DNA from: Acholeplasmataceae bacterium
GTDB taxonomy: Bacteria > Bacillota_I > Bacilli_A > Acholeplasmatales > Acholeplasmataceae
Direction: 5' to 3'
DNA length: 64,000 bases
Assembly: GCA_963675245.1 (NCBI GenBank)
Contig: OY775910.1
Location: 768,001-832,000, forward strand
A program made the translations under genes and the position numbers. Shown in pieces: positions 52,258 to 62,662 of the stretch. A model generated the notes under the pieces. The model had not been told where the DNA came from. It did no database searches and was given only the letters and a program-made list of their open reading frames with translations. The first letter of the stretch is position 1. Each line of letters opens with the position of its first letter.

Positions 52258-53198
52258 ATCAAGCACTTCATTTTTTCAAACAAACGATTAAAAAAAATCG
52301 GCTCTCACATCTTTATTTAATCAGTGGACCTAAAGGTTCTGGTAAAAGTGATTTGGTAGAGGAAATCATCTTTCTATTATTAACGAAAGATAAAACACCA
52401 TCCGCTCACCTGAAAGTCCAAATAAAACAACATACCTTAACGAATGTCATGATCATTGAACCTGATGGGCAAATGATTAAAAAAGAACAGATTCTCGAAT
52501 TACAACGAGAATTTTCTAAGACTGCGTTAGTGAGTGGTCCACGTATTTATGTCATAAAGAATGTTGAGAAGATGAATCAGAGTGCAGCAAACTCACTGCT
52601 TAAATTTATGGAAGAGCCATTAAGTGAAGGTGTGTTTGGTTTTCTCTTAACTGAAAATATTGATCGTATGATTAGAACGATCTTATCAAGATCACAAGTC
52701 ATTCATATGAATAATAGGAATGAAGAAGATTTAGAACATGAGTTATTAGCATTAGGTGTAGATGAAAGAATTTCTATTTTAGCACCTTATTTAACGAAAG
52801 ATATTGATGAAGCTACGTTACTCGCAGATGATCCAAATTTTATTGCAGTCATTGATTTCATCGAAGAGATTGCTATTCAGTGGCAAAATAAAGAAGTATC
52901 GTTTCCATTGTATTTTTCAGCAGAAGGAAACTTCTTATTACAAGATAGGGAATTCTTTAAGAATTTTCTAGAATTATTGTTATTATACTTTGTGGATTTG
53001 ATTCACTATCGTGCCAACCAACCGATTGTTTATCATTTTTTGAAAGAACAAATTCAGGCACAAAGTGACGCAATGAAAACTTTTGAAATAAACGAGTTGA
53101 TCACATCGATTCAAGAAATCTTGAAACGACAAACATATTTTATTAATTTAGAATTAGCATTGGATCAACTTGCCATACTACTAGAAAAGAAGAGGTGA
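52254..53198 (+). CDS. holB: DNA polymerase III delta' subunit
   Basis: AANSLLKFMEEP, TILSR; follows tmk. Confidence 0.9.
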   Translation: MNQALHFFKQTIKKNRLSHLYLISGPKGSGKSDLVEEIIFLLLTKDKTPSAHLKVQIKQHTLTNVMIIEPDGQMIKKEQILELQREFSKTALVSGPRIYVIKNVEKMNQSAANSLLKFMEEPLSEGVFGFLLTENIDRMIRTILSRSQVIHMNNRNEEDLEHELLALGVDERISILAPYLTKDIDEATLLADDPNFIAVIDFIEEIAIQWQNKEVSFPLYFSAEGNFLLQDREFFKNFLELLLLYFVDLIHYRANQPIVYHFLKEQIQAQSDAMKTFEINELITSIQEILKRQTYFINLELALDQLAILLEKKR

Positions 53199-53202
53199 TG
53201 GT

Positions 53203-54006
53203 ATGCAGGTTTCACTCATTAAGTTTAAGGAAGCCGGTAAGAAGTATTATTTCTCGTATGAGGGATTAGATATAAAATTAAATGACAAGGTCGTTGTCGA
53301 AACAGCTAGAGGGTTAGAAATAGGATCGGTTTATCTATTCAAAGAAATAGAAGAATCTGATTTAACAAGTGAGCTAAAACCTGTTTTACGTTTAGCGACA
53401 CCTGAGGATCTTGAAGATGATCGTTATAACCAAGAAGCAGAAATGAGTGTCATTGAACAAACCAAGCAACTTGTTAAACAGAATGAACTAGATATGAAGG
53501 TTTTAGGTGCTGAATATACACTTGACCGTAAACGTCTACTGATTTATTTTGAAGCTGAAGGTAGAGTTGATTTCAGACAACTTGTTCGTGATCTATCAGA
53601 AGTTTATCACACACGTATTGAACTACGTCAAATCGGACCGAGAGATGCTGCTAAGATGATTGGTGGTATTGGTCCATGTGGTTTGATATTATGTTGTACG
53701 AGTTTTATTGGTGAGTTTGAGACAGTTTCTATTCGAATGGCTAAAAATCAAAATCTCGCATTAAACCCTCAAAAGATATCAGGTGTTTGTGGTAAGTTAT
53801 TATGCTGCATTCGCTATGAAGATGAAGCATATACAGAGTTAAAGAAAGTATTACCAGATATACATGAATATGTTCAGACCGAAAGAGGAAAAGCATTTGT
53901 ACTTGATATCAATATTTTAGGACAGAAAATTAAAGTTAAATATACTGATAATGATGAATCGGGTATTGAATGGTTAGGGAAAGATGCTTTTGAAAGGATG
54001 AATTAA
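53203..54006 (+). CDS. ricT: PSP1/YaaT (RicT) family protein
   Basis: RVDFR, RIELRQIG, GPCG..CC, CGKLLCC. Confidence 0.9.
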   Translation: MQVSLIKFKEAGKKYYFSYEGLDIKLNDKVVVETARGLEIGSVYLFKEIEESDLTSELKPVLRLATPEDLEDDRYNQEAEMSVIEQTKQLVKQNELDMKVLGAEYTLDRKRLLIYFEAEGRVDFRQLVRDLSEVYHTRIELRQIGPRDAAKMIGGIGPCGLILCCTSFIGEFETVSIRMAKNQNLALNPQKISGVCGKLLCCIRYEDEAYTELKKVLPDIHEYVQTERGKAFVLDINILGQKIKVKYTDNDESGIEWLGKDAFERMN

Positions 54007-54705
54007 GTGATTCGAAAACTCATTGGATCAAATCGACAAATTGAGCAAACGAGAAAGAACGCATTTAATCTAGACACGATCCTTTTAGCGCATTTTGTTA
54101 AAATTCCTTATCGCGCAAAAACGGTAATTGATGTGGGAACCGGTAACGGTGTTTTAATGCTTTATCTAGCTGACCAAACTAAAGCGCAAATCATCGGTGT
54201 GGAAATTCAAGAAGAACGCGCAGATCTAGCAAAGAAGAATATTGTATTAAATGGCCTGAAAGACCGTTTATCCGTCATAACCGATGACATAAAAAATGTT
54301 GAACTCAAAGGGGTAGACTGTGTGGTCTGTAATCCCCCTTTTTTCAAAGTGAATGAACTCACAAAAAGAAACATTGATCCTGCAATCGCTGTTGCGAGAC
54401 ATGAAGTTAAATTAACATTAGAAGAACTTGTGATATCAGTGAGTAAGATGTTAAAGCAAGGTGGATATTTTTTTGTCATTCATAGACCGGATCGCATTAG
54501 TGAAATTATCGCGACGTTAGAAAAATATCACTTAACCGTTAAGCGCATGCAATTCGTACATCCTTATATAGGAAGTGAAGCGAACCATGTTTTAATCGCC
54601 GCGATGAAGTATGGCGATTTTGGGACACGACTTGAAAAACCGCTTATCTTATATAAAGATAAACATGTCTATTCGGATGAACTTAAAAAATTGATGGAGG
54701 AATAA
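54007..54705 (+). CDS. tRNA1(Val) adenine(37)-N6 methyltransferase (YabB-like)
   Basis: DVGTGNG, CNPPFF, ARHE. Confidence 0.88.
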   Translation: MIRKLIGSNRQIEQTRKNAFNLDTILLAHFVKIPYRAKTVIDVGTGNGVLMLYLADQTKAQIIGVEIQEERADLAKKNIVLNGLKDRLSVITDDIKNVELKGVDCVVCNPPFFKVNELTKRNIDPAIAVARHEVKLTLEELVISVSKMLKQGGYFFVIHRPDRISEIIATLEKYHLTVKRMQFVHPYIGSEANHVLIAAMKYGDFGTRLEKPLILYKDKHVYSDELKKLMEE

Positions 54706-54708
54706 TGG

Positions 54709-55542
54709 ATGCAAGTTAGTTTTAAAGATCATAAACCAACTTTATATGTTGTAGCAACACCCATTGGTAATCTATCTGATATGACATTTCGTGCGGTTGA
54801 AATTTTAAAATCCGTCGATATGATACTTGCAGAAGATACACGTAACTCTGGGAAACTACTAAAACACTTTGAGATTGATAAACCGTTAATGAGTTATCAT
54901 GATTTTAGCGATGATGTTAAAGAAAATAGAATTTTAGACTTATTAAAAGAAGGTCAACATATAGCACTCATTAGTGATGCGGGTACCCCAGGTATTAGTG
55001 ATCCAGGTTATGGTATTATCACAAAAGTGATTAAAGCTGGTTATCATGTCGTTTCTATCCCAGGTGCGAGTGCAATCCTTACGGCGTTAGTCGCTTCTGG
55101 GTTAGTCATGCAGCCATTTACATTTATCGGTTTTTTACCACGCAAACAAAGCGAAAGAAATAGTTTACTACAAATGTATCAAGACAGATCAGAAACACTA
55201 GTCATTTATGAATCACCTCTACGAGTTAAAAAAACGATTGAGGATTTGTATGCATCATTTGGTAACAGAGATGTCTCATTATGTCGAGAATTAACAAAAA
55301 CATTTGAAACAATTATTAGAACTGATTTGTCAAATGCTATTCAATTAGAACATAACACGAAAGGTGAATATGTTATCGTGGTGAGTGGTGCATTACCTAT
55401 TTCCTATGAAGATATTGATCTATCAAAACATGTTCAAATGTTAATAGATGAAGGTTACAATGAGAAAGACGCGATGAAAGAGGTAGCTAAACGTCATCAC
55501 GTATCAAAGTCTGTTGTGTATAAAGCATACAAAATTGATTAA
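54709..55542 (+). CDS. rsmI: 16S rRNA C1402 2'-O-methyltransferase
   Basis: ATPIGNL, SDAGTPGISDPG, RELTK. Confidence 0.95.
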   Translation: MQVSFKDHKPTLYVVATPIGNLSDMTFRAVEILKSVDMILAEDTRNSGKLLKHFEIDKPLMSYHDFSDDVKENRILDLLKEGQHIALISDAGTPGISDPGYGIITKVIKAGYHVVSIPGASAILTALVASGLVMQPFTFIGFLPRKQSERNSLLQMYQDRSETLVIYESPLRVKKTIEDLYASFGNRDVSLCRELTKTFETIIRTDLSNAIQLEHNTKGEYVIVVSGALPISYEDIDLSKHVQMLIDEGYNEKDAMKEVAKRHHVSKSVVYKAYKID

Positions 55543-55589
55543 TCTTAGTTGCAAATATTCACGTTTATCGTTATAATAATAGATGTTAA

Positions 55590-55815
55590 TAAAGCGTTGA
55601 TAAAGAGAGTAACTTAGTGTAGTCGTAAATAGAGAATTCGCGGTTGGTGAAAGCGAATCGAACATGAAGTGAACATGACTTTTGAGCTTTTTAGTCGATA
55701 AGTAGACTAGAACGTATCTCTGCGTTAAAGAGTTGAGTGCTAGAAAGCAATTTCTAGAATTAAGGTGGTACCGCGATTATTCGTCCTTATTGATTTTTGA
55801 GGACGATTTTATTTT
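55590..55815 (+). promoter_or_regulatory. T-box riboswitch (Met specifier)
   Basis: GGTGAAAGC loop, ATG specifier at 55675, AATTAAGGTGGTACCGCG T-box, terminator TCGTCCT...AGGACGATTTT. Confidence 0.92.
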
Positions 55816-55832
55816 TGATTGGAGAGATGATT

Positions 55833-57401
55833 ATGGAAAAGAAACCTTTTTATTTAACAACCGCGATTGCATATAGTTCTGCAATTCCACACATTGGGAA
55901 TGTCTATGAGGCAATCTTGGCTGATGCGATGTGCCGCTTTAAACGAGCATTAGGATACGATGTGCGTTTTCAAACGGGTACAGATGAACACGGACAAAAA
56001 ATAGAAAATAAAGCGAAAGATAATAACTTAACACCACAGGTTTATGCGGATACAATATCTAATGAGATTCGTCGTATTTATGATCTTGTTGATGTCAAGT
56101 ATGATAAGTTTATTCGTACAACAGATGAAGATCATGTAAAAGCCGTTCAAGCTATTTTTAAAAAGCTTTATGATCAAGGTGATATTTATTTAGGTAAATA
56201 TGAAGGATGGTATTCTGTCTCAGAAGAATCTTTCATTCTTGAAAAAGATATTGTTGATGGTAAAGGACCAGCAGGTGATGTACCTGTTTGGACATCTGAA
56301 GATGCCTATTTTTTCAGAATGTCTAAATACCAAGAACGCTTATTAAAACATATTGAAGACAACCCGAGTTTCATTTCACCTGAATCACGTAAAAATGAAA
56401 TGATTCAAAACTTTTTAAAAGAGCCACTTCCTGATTTATCTGTTTCTAGAACCTCATTCAAATGGGGTGTACCTGTAACTTTTAATGAGGACCACGTCAT
56501 TTATGTTTGGATTGATGCGTTAATCAACTATATTACTGGATTAGGTTATCATCCCGATCAAGAACCAACCGAACTCTTTCACACATACTGGCCAGCAGAT
56601 GTCCATTTAATTGGTAAAGATATTTTAAGATTCCATACCATTTATTGGCCAATCATTTTAATGGCATTAAATGTCGAATTACCAAAACAAATCTTTGGAC
56701 ACCCATGGGTATTAGTGGATAAGAGTAAAATGTCAAAGTCAATCGGTAATACGATGTATACGGATGACTTGGTTAAATATTTTGGAATCGATGTTGTTCG
56801 TTATTATGTGTTACATGAAATACCTTACGCATCAGATGGTAATATCACATATGAATTAATCATTGAAAGAAATAACTCTGATTTGGCCAATACGATTGGT
56901 AATCTTGTCAATAGAACCATAGGTATGGCAAATAAATACAGAGAAGGGTTTGTTAAGAAGGTTGTTATTGATGAACCTTTTGAATACAATTTAAAAGATA
57001 AAGCATTAGAAACATTACCTCGCATGATTACATTGATAGATGATTTTAGAGTTGCAGACGCACTAGAAGAAATTGTTGTTTTAGCTAGAGCTGCGAATAA
57101 ATATATTGATCTTTCTACACCATGGGTATTATTTAAAGATCCAGAAAGACAAGAAGAACTTGATTATGTGCTTTACCAATTATTAGAAACAGTTCGTTTT
57201 GTTGGTGTATTATTAAAACCGTTTATTCCTAAAACATCAAAACGCATTTTAGATCAAATTGGTGTCACTGATGATTCATTTGAATCACTTGAATCTTTTG
57301 GTGCTTATAAGGATCAAAAACTTGGCAAAGGTGAAGTGTTATTCGAACGCTATGATGCCAATAAGAAATTACAGGAGATTTTAGACGATCGACATGAATA
57401 A
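55833..57401 (+). CDS. metG: Methionine--tRNA ligase (short form)
   Basis: HIGN, GTDEHG, YVWIDAL, KMSKS. Confidence 0.96.
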   Translation: MEKKPFYLTTAIAYSSAIPHIGNVYEAILADAMCRFKRALGYDVRFQTGTDEHGQKIENKAKDNNLTPQVYADTISNEIRRIYDLVDVKYDKFIRTTDEDHVKAVQAIFKKLYDQGDIYLGKYEGWYSVSEESFILEKDIVDGKGPAGDVPVWTSEDAYFFRMSKYQERLLKHIEDNPSFISPESRKNEMIQNFLKEPLPDLSVSRTSFKWGVPVTFNEDHVIYVWIDALINYITGLGYHPDQEPTELFHTYWPADVHLIGKDILRFHTIYWPIILMALNVELPKQIFGHPWVLVDKSKMSKSIGNTMYTDDLVKYFGIDVVRYYVLHEIPYASDGNITYELIIERNNSDLANTIGNLVNRTIGMANKYREGFVKKVVIDEPFEYNLKDKALETLPRMITLIDDFRVADALEEIVVLARAANKYIDLSTPWVLFKDPERQEELDYVLYQLLETVRFVGVLLKPFIPKTSKRILDQIGVTDDSFESLESFGAYKDQKLGKGEVLFERYDANKKLQEILDDRHE

Positions 57402-58353
57402 GTTATTTGTTAGGCTTCAAGATGAAGCCTTCAAGTCTCGCTTATGGCAAGAAACAAAACGTATTTTAGTTGTTGTTGGCTTCACCTTTATTTATGGTAT
57501 TGGTGTTTCTTGGTTTTTAGAAGCGTCCATCGTACCACTTTATACAGGTGGTATTCCAGGTATTGGACAGCTGATTCGAGACATTATTCAAATTATTTTT
57601 AGAATTCAATTAGGAGATAACTTCCTAGGGATCTTCATTTTTATAGCGAATATCCCATTACTCTTTTTAGGATGGTTTGGCGTCTCTCATCGATTTACGA
57701 TTTACAGTTTAATATCTGTTCTCATTCAATCCTTACTTCTTAGTTATATCCCTGTATTTGATATGGGATTATCATCAGAAGTACATGCTTTGGCAAGTGC
57801 AGTATTAGGTGGATTATTAATCGGTGTTGGTGCCGGTGGTGCACTTCGTTATGGTACATCTACAGGTGGTCTTGATATAGTTGCACAATATTTAGCGTTT
57901 AAAAAAGGTCAAAGTGTTGGTTTCTTTTCAATGGCTATGAATGTTGCTATTGCTATTTTAGGGGGTATCATCATTGGTGGTAGAGCTAATTTAAGTGGCG
58001 TCGTGATTTCTGGTGGTGTGATTGCTTCTTATACGATTATACGTATTATTATCTCAACCATCATGACCGATCGAATGCATACGGCATATCAATATTTATC
58101 TGTGAATATTATTACGATTAATCCAAATGAGTTGGTGGATGCAATATTAACAAAACTATATCGTGGTGTCACACTCATCAATGTTCAAGGTGCGTATTCA
58201 CATCATGATAAAACTATGGTGTATGTCATTATATCGGCCTATGAACTTCACGCATTAATCCAGATGATTAAACAACAAGATGATAAGGCGTTTGTCACAA
58301 CAACACCTGTTAAAAATGTATTTGGTAATTTCAAACGAAAAACAATTGCATAA
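57394..58353 (+). CDS. YitT family membrane protein
   Basis: YTGGIPG, STGGLDI, RGVT...GAYS. Confidence 0.88.
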   Translation: MNKLFVRLQDEAFKSRLWQETKRILVVVGFTFIYGIGVSWFLEASIVPLYTGGIPGIGQLIRDIIQIIFRIQLGDNFLGIFIFIANIPLLFLGWFGVSHRFTIYSLISVLIQSLLLSYIPVFDMGLSSEVHALASAVLGGLLIGVGAGGALRYGTSTGGLDIVAQYLAFKKGQSVGFFSMAMNVAIAILGGIIIGGRANLSGVVISGGVIASYTIIRIIISTIMTDRMHTAYQYLSVNIITINPNELVDAILTKLYRGVTLINVQGAYSHHDKTMVYVIISAYELHALIQMIKQQDDKAFVTTTPVKNVFGNFKRKTIA

Positions 58354-58385
58354 AAAAAGCCTGAATCGAATTCAGGCTTTTCTTT

Positions 58386-59069
58386 TTATTCAGCTTTAGG
58401 TTTTTTAAATAGTTCTATATGAACAAACGCAGCTAACATACCACCAACAAGCGGACCGACGATATAAAGCCATAAGTTTGTTAAGGCAGAACCACCTTGT
58501 AAGATAGCTGGTGCGATTGAACGTGCAGGATTAAAACCAGCACCTGTATAACCTATACCTGCAAAAATTAGTGCAGTTAATGCTAAACCAATGACGAGGC
58601 CAACGACATTTGAATACTTTTCGTTTGCTGTAACAGCGAGAATCACTGTGACAAATAAGAAAGTAAGAATAACTTCAACAAGTAAACCAACAAGTACGGC
58701 TGGATCAGCAAGTGATGCAGATAAATCAGTCGCAGCCAAGTTTGAGAAACTACCGATAAAGATACCTAAGAATAAGGAAGCGATGAAAGCACCAAATAAT
58801 TGAAAGACGACATAGAATCCAAAATCTTTCCAACTTAAGTCTTTTCTAATCACCATAGCAAGTGATACAGCGGGGTTGAAGTGACCACCTGAAATATGTC
58901 CTACGGCATAAATCATGACCATCACGATTAAACCAGTAGCGAGTGCGGTTGCTACAGGATTGACAACACCAAGCACTGATGTAAGAATAGGTGTACTTGT
59001 TCCGACAAATACGAGGGCAAACGTACCTAGCGCTTCAGCAAAGTAAGCACGCAATTTTAAATTTTTCAT
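58386..59069 (-). CDS. MIP family channel (aquaporin)
   Basis: SGGHFNPAVS and FNPARS. Confidence 0.94.
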   Translation of the reverse strand: MKNLKLRAYFAEALGTFALVFVGTSTPILTSVLGVVNPVATALATGLIVMVMIYAVGHISGGHFNPAVSLAMVIRKDLSWKDFGFYVVFQLFGAFIASLFLGIFIGSFSNLAATDLSASLADPAVLVGLLVEVILTFLFVTVILAVTANEKYSNVVGLVIGLALTALIFAGIGYTGAGFNPARSIAPAILQGGSALTNLWLYIVGPLVGGMLAAFVHIELFKKPKAE

Positions 59070-59142
59070 ATCTAAATCTCCTTGTGTACATAGTCTATCT
59101 TTATTATAGTTAATATTAAAAAAAAGAGGTGCAATATGCACC

Positions 59143-59655
59143 TCAACTCATACGATTTAGTTCAAATATATACTTAATAAATGACATACTGTAAATAGGA
59201 AGAAATTGTTTTTTATGAATCAACAATAGAATTTCATCTTCACTAGCCCATTTAGCATCACAGACTTCATGATCAACAAATGATATTTGATCAATCGCGA
59301 TATTTTTTCTAGCAATATATATATCGTCAAATCCTCTTTCGAAGGTTAGGGTCAGTCGTGGTAACTGATTGGAAAAATCATGTTTGATACCTAACTCCTC
59401 ATAAGACTCCCTGGAAGCGGCATGTTGTGATGTCTCACCAGATTTTACTGCGCCACCCACTGAGATATCCCAAAGACCTGGCCATCCTTCTTTATTAAGT
59501 GATCTCTTTTGGATAAGCATTTGGTTTTGTTGATTAAAAAAGCAGACATGAATGACCAGATGATATTGTCCAGGTTTTAATGATTTACCTCTTTCAACGA
59601 TATTGTTTGTTTTTTGTCTACTGGCATCATAGACATCCCATAGTTCTTTTTCCAT
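59143..59655 (-). CDS. NUDIX hydrolase
   Basis: GGAVKSGETSQHAASRESYEELG. Confidence 0.92.
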   Translation of the reverse strand: MEKELWDVYDASRQKTNNIVERGKSLKPGQYHLVIHVCFFNQQNQMLIQKRSLNKEGWPGLWDISVGGAVKSGETSQHAASRESYEELGIKHDFSNQLPRLTLTFERGFDDIYIARKNIAIDQISFVDHEVCDAKWASEDEILLLIHKKQFLPIYSMSFIKYIFELNRMS

Positions 59656-59798
59656 TGTTCTCCTGCTTAATTGATTTATAATAATTATAGATGATTTATA
59701 TTCATCATAACATAATAAGAATTTTATTGACATAGTGAAAGAAACGGTTTAAAAAAGAGCAATTAATTGCTATAATTAACATAGAGCGATATAAGGAG

Positions 59799-60692
59799 AT
59801 GAAAATCATGATCTATACTTTTACAGCAAACCCAGCGGTCGATTATCATATCTATTCTGAATCAACAGATAGTGATCACGTTAACCGCGTACATAAATCA
59901 TATTTTGAACTTGGTGGTAAAGGCATTAATGTTTCAAAAGTGTTATGCCGGTTAGGTGTACCATCAGTTTGCTTAACATTTTTTGATGATATGTTTTGGT
60001 CAATGTTTAGAGGTGCAATGGAAAGTTATAAACTAGTCACATTCCGTCCCGTACACTTTGACGGACAAATGAGAGAAAATGTTAAAATTCACAGTAAGGA
60101 ACTTTATGAGTTCAATAGTGAACCTAAAGGTGTTACTGAAGAAAACGTTGAAGAGTTACTAGCAAGCACTGATCGTATTACAGAAGATGATTATTTAATC
60201 ATCAGTGGTAGTGGTTTACGTGACTTCCCGGATTTATATGATAAACTCGTGAAACGTATAGCTAAGCAAAAACCAAGCGTTATTGTCGATACACCATGTA
60301 AGTACTATGATAAATTTTGGGAAACAAAACCTATTTTATTAAAACCAAACAAAAATGAACTTGAAAATTATTTTGATACTAAAATCAAAGATGAAGAAAT
60401 TGTTGGTTATGCAAAACAACTACTTGCAAAAGGTGCTCAAAACGTTTTAGTATCTGATGGAAGATCAGGTTCATACTTCGTAACAAAATCAGGTAATTAC
60501 CGTATCAAAGCAGTTGAAAAAGACTATGATAATACAGTGGGTGCAGGCGATTCACAAGTGGCCGGATTTATGTCTAACTACGCGATCACACATGATGGTT
60601 TAGAAGCATATAAGGCAGCACATGAAGCGGCACTCGCTTTCTTAGAACAAGATTATAAAGGATCTCATAAATTCGAAATTGAGGAACTATGA
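59799..60692 (+). CDS. fruK: 1-phosphofructokinase family (PfkB) kinase
   Basis: NPAVD, GGKGINVS, KPNKNEL, NTVGAGDS. Confidence 0.88.
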   Translation: MKIMIYTFTANPAVDYHIYSESTDSDHVNRVHKSYFELGGKGINVSKVLCRLGVPSVCLTFFDDMFWSMFRGAMESYKLVTFRPVHFDGQMRENVKIHSKELYEFNSEPKGVTEENVEELLASTDRITEDDYLIISGSGLRDFPDLYDKLVKRIAKQKPSVIVDTPCKYYDKFWETKPILLKPNKNELENYFDTKIKDEEIVGYAKQLLAKGAQNVLVSDGRSGSYFVTKSGNYRIKAVEKDYDNTVGAGDSQVAGFMSNYAITHDGLEAYKAAHEAALAFLEQDYKGSHKFEIEEL

Positions 60693-61144
60693 TGAAAATT
60701 GATGAATTCATGAATGAAAGTTATATCAAATTAAATCTTGAAGGACAGACAAAAGAAGAAGTGATTCGTGAACTCGTTCAAGTATTGGATGATGCAGGTG
60801 TTGTCAATGATTATGAGTTACTAGTTGATGATGTACTCGTAAGAGAAAAATTATCATCTACAGGTATTGGACTAAGAATTGGTTTACCTCATGCAAAATC
60901 ACGTCATATTTTAAAACCTTCGATTGCTTTTGGTGTTTCTAAACAAGGTGTCGATTTCGACAGTATGGATCAAGATAAAGCCCATATTTTCTTTTTGATT
61001 TGTATGCCAGAAGAAGGATTTAACCTACATTTAAAAGTATTAGCAATGTTATCAAGAAGTTTGATTAATCCATCCTTTAGAGAAGCACTTGAAGTAGCTG
61101 AATCAACAGAACAAGTCATGCAACTCTTAAGCCAGGTTGAATAA
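60689..61144 (+). CDS. PTS fructose-family IIA
   Basis: RE..STGIG..IGLPHAK. Confidence 0.9.
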   Translation: MMKIDEFMNESYIKLNLEGQTKEEVIRELVQVLDDAGVVNDYELLVDDVLVREKLSSTGIGLRIGLPHAKSRHILKPSIAFGVSKQGVDFDSMDQDKAHIFFLICMPEEGFNLHLKVLAMLSRSLINPSFREALEVAESTEQVMQLLSQVE

Positions 61145-61440
61145 TGAAAATTATTGCTGTATCAGCTTGCCCATCAGGATTAATGCATACATATATGGCT
61201 GCTGAAAGTCTACAACAAGCAGCACTTAAACGTGGTATTGATATTAAAATTGAAACGCATGGTGCCATTGGTGTAGAAAACGTATTAACAAAACAAGATA
61301 TTGACGAAAGTGACTATGTTATTTTAATGGTTGATATTACTTTTGATGAATCACGTTTTCAAGGAAAACCAATGATAACCGTGAGTACCGCTTATGCTGT
61401 ACGGCATGCTGATGAATTACTTAGTCAGATTGGAGCATAA
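61144..61440 (+). CDS. PTS fructose-family IIB
   Basis: ACPSGLMHTYMAAE. Confidence 0.9.
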   Translation: MKIIAVSACPSGLMHTYMAAESLQQAALKRGIDIKIETHGAIGVENVLTKQDIDESDYVILMVDITFDESRFQGKPMITVSTAYAVRHADELLSQIGA

Positions 61441-61443
61441 TTT

Positions 61444-62445
61444 GTGAATAATGGTATTTACAAAAAATTAACTTATAGTCTTGCATATATCTTACCGATT
61501 TTGGTCGTCTCTGGCGTACTGTTTTCAATCGGTTTTTTATTTGAGCCACCATTTCAATCCTTTCTATTTGAAGTTGGTCTTAATACTTATTACTTAAGTT
61601 ATGCTGTATTAGCTGCAGCGATTGCTTACGCGATTGGTGATAGAGTTGCTATCGTTCCAGCACTCATTGGTGGTTACTTATTAAAAGATGGCTCAGTCGG
61701 ACTATTAGGTGCTGTGGTTATTGGCTTTTTTGTAGGTTATTTGACAAAAGCGTTCATGAGTTTATTTAGTGGTGTACCTCGAACACTAAGTGGCATATTA
61801 CCTATATTCATTTATCCTGTAATCATCACATTGATGACATTAGGTTTATCGTATTTAATGAATCAATATCTAAGTGATCCACTTACAGAAGTGTATGCAT
61901 TCTTATTTTACGATTATCACTGGTTAGTGATTGTACTAAGTGTTGTACTGTCATCTCTTATGGCATTTGATTTAGGCGGACCTGTGAATAAAATGGCATA
62001 TTTGATTGCTATTGTATCATTGGCTGATGGATTAACATCAACTATTATGGCGGCGGTGATCGCAGGCGGTATGGTGCCACCGTTAGTCGTATCCGTGATT
62101 CAAATGTTTAGTCAAGATGAAAATGAGCGTCATTACTGGTGGAAGACAGGTATTCTAGGATTATCATTTATGTCGGAAGGTGCAATTAACTTTGTAGAAA
62201 GAGATAAAAATACGATTAGACCTCTCATGATGATTGGTAGTGGTGTAAGTGGTGGTGTGGTTGGTTGGTTTTCACTTTCCACGAGATTACCACACGGTGG
62301 TATCTTGATTTCACTGTTTATGAATGAGTGGTATTATTTCCTTTTAGCACTTGTTATTGGCATGGTTGTCACATCCATCTTATTAGCAATTTTTTCATCT
62401 AAAATCAAACGTAAAAAAACTAAAAAAACACCTTTACAAGCATAG
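61444..62445 (+). CDS. PTS fructose-family IIC
   Basis: FDLGGPVNK, GGMVPP, SEGAI, PHGG. Confidence 0.88.
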   Translation: MNNGIYKKLTYSLAYILPILVVSGVLFSIGFLFEPPFQSFLFEVGLNTYYLSYAVLAAAIAYAIGDRVAIVPALIGGYLLKDGSVGLLGAVVIGFFVGYLTKAFMSLFSGVPRTLSGILPIFIYPVIITLMTLGLSYLMNQYLSDPLTEVYAFLFYDYHWLVIVLSVVLSSLMAFDLGGPVNKMAYLIAIVSLADGLTSTIMAAVIAGGMVPPLVVSVIQMFSQDENERHYWWKTGILGLSFMSEGAINFVERDKNTIRPLMMIGSGVSGGVVGWFSLSTRLPHGGILISLFMNEWYYFLLALVIGMVVTSILLAIFSSKIKRKKTKKTPLQA

Positions 62446-62478
62446 GTGGCTTTGATATAATTATTAAGTATTCAATCT

Positions 62479-62546
62479 ATCGTATAATCGACCTAATGTG
62501 GTGGTCAAGTTTCTACCGCTCAACCGTAAATCTGAGCGACTACGAT
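62479..62546 (+). ncRNA. Purine (guanine-type) riboswitch
   Basis: ATCGTATAAT...GTTTCTACC...CCGTAAA...GACTACGAT; C at the discriminator position; terminator AAACCAC-attca-GTGGTTTTTTT at ~62585-62612. Confidence 0.93.
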
Positions 62547-62662
62547 GTGAAAACACTTTTTTCTGATGTTTTCATAATGTAGAGAAACCACATTCAGTGG
62601 TTTTTTTGTTTTTTGATTGCATATGTTTGAATACAACAAAACAGAAAAAAGGAGATTTTAAA

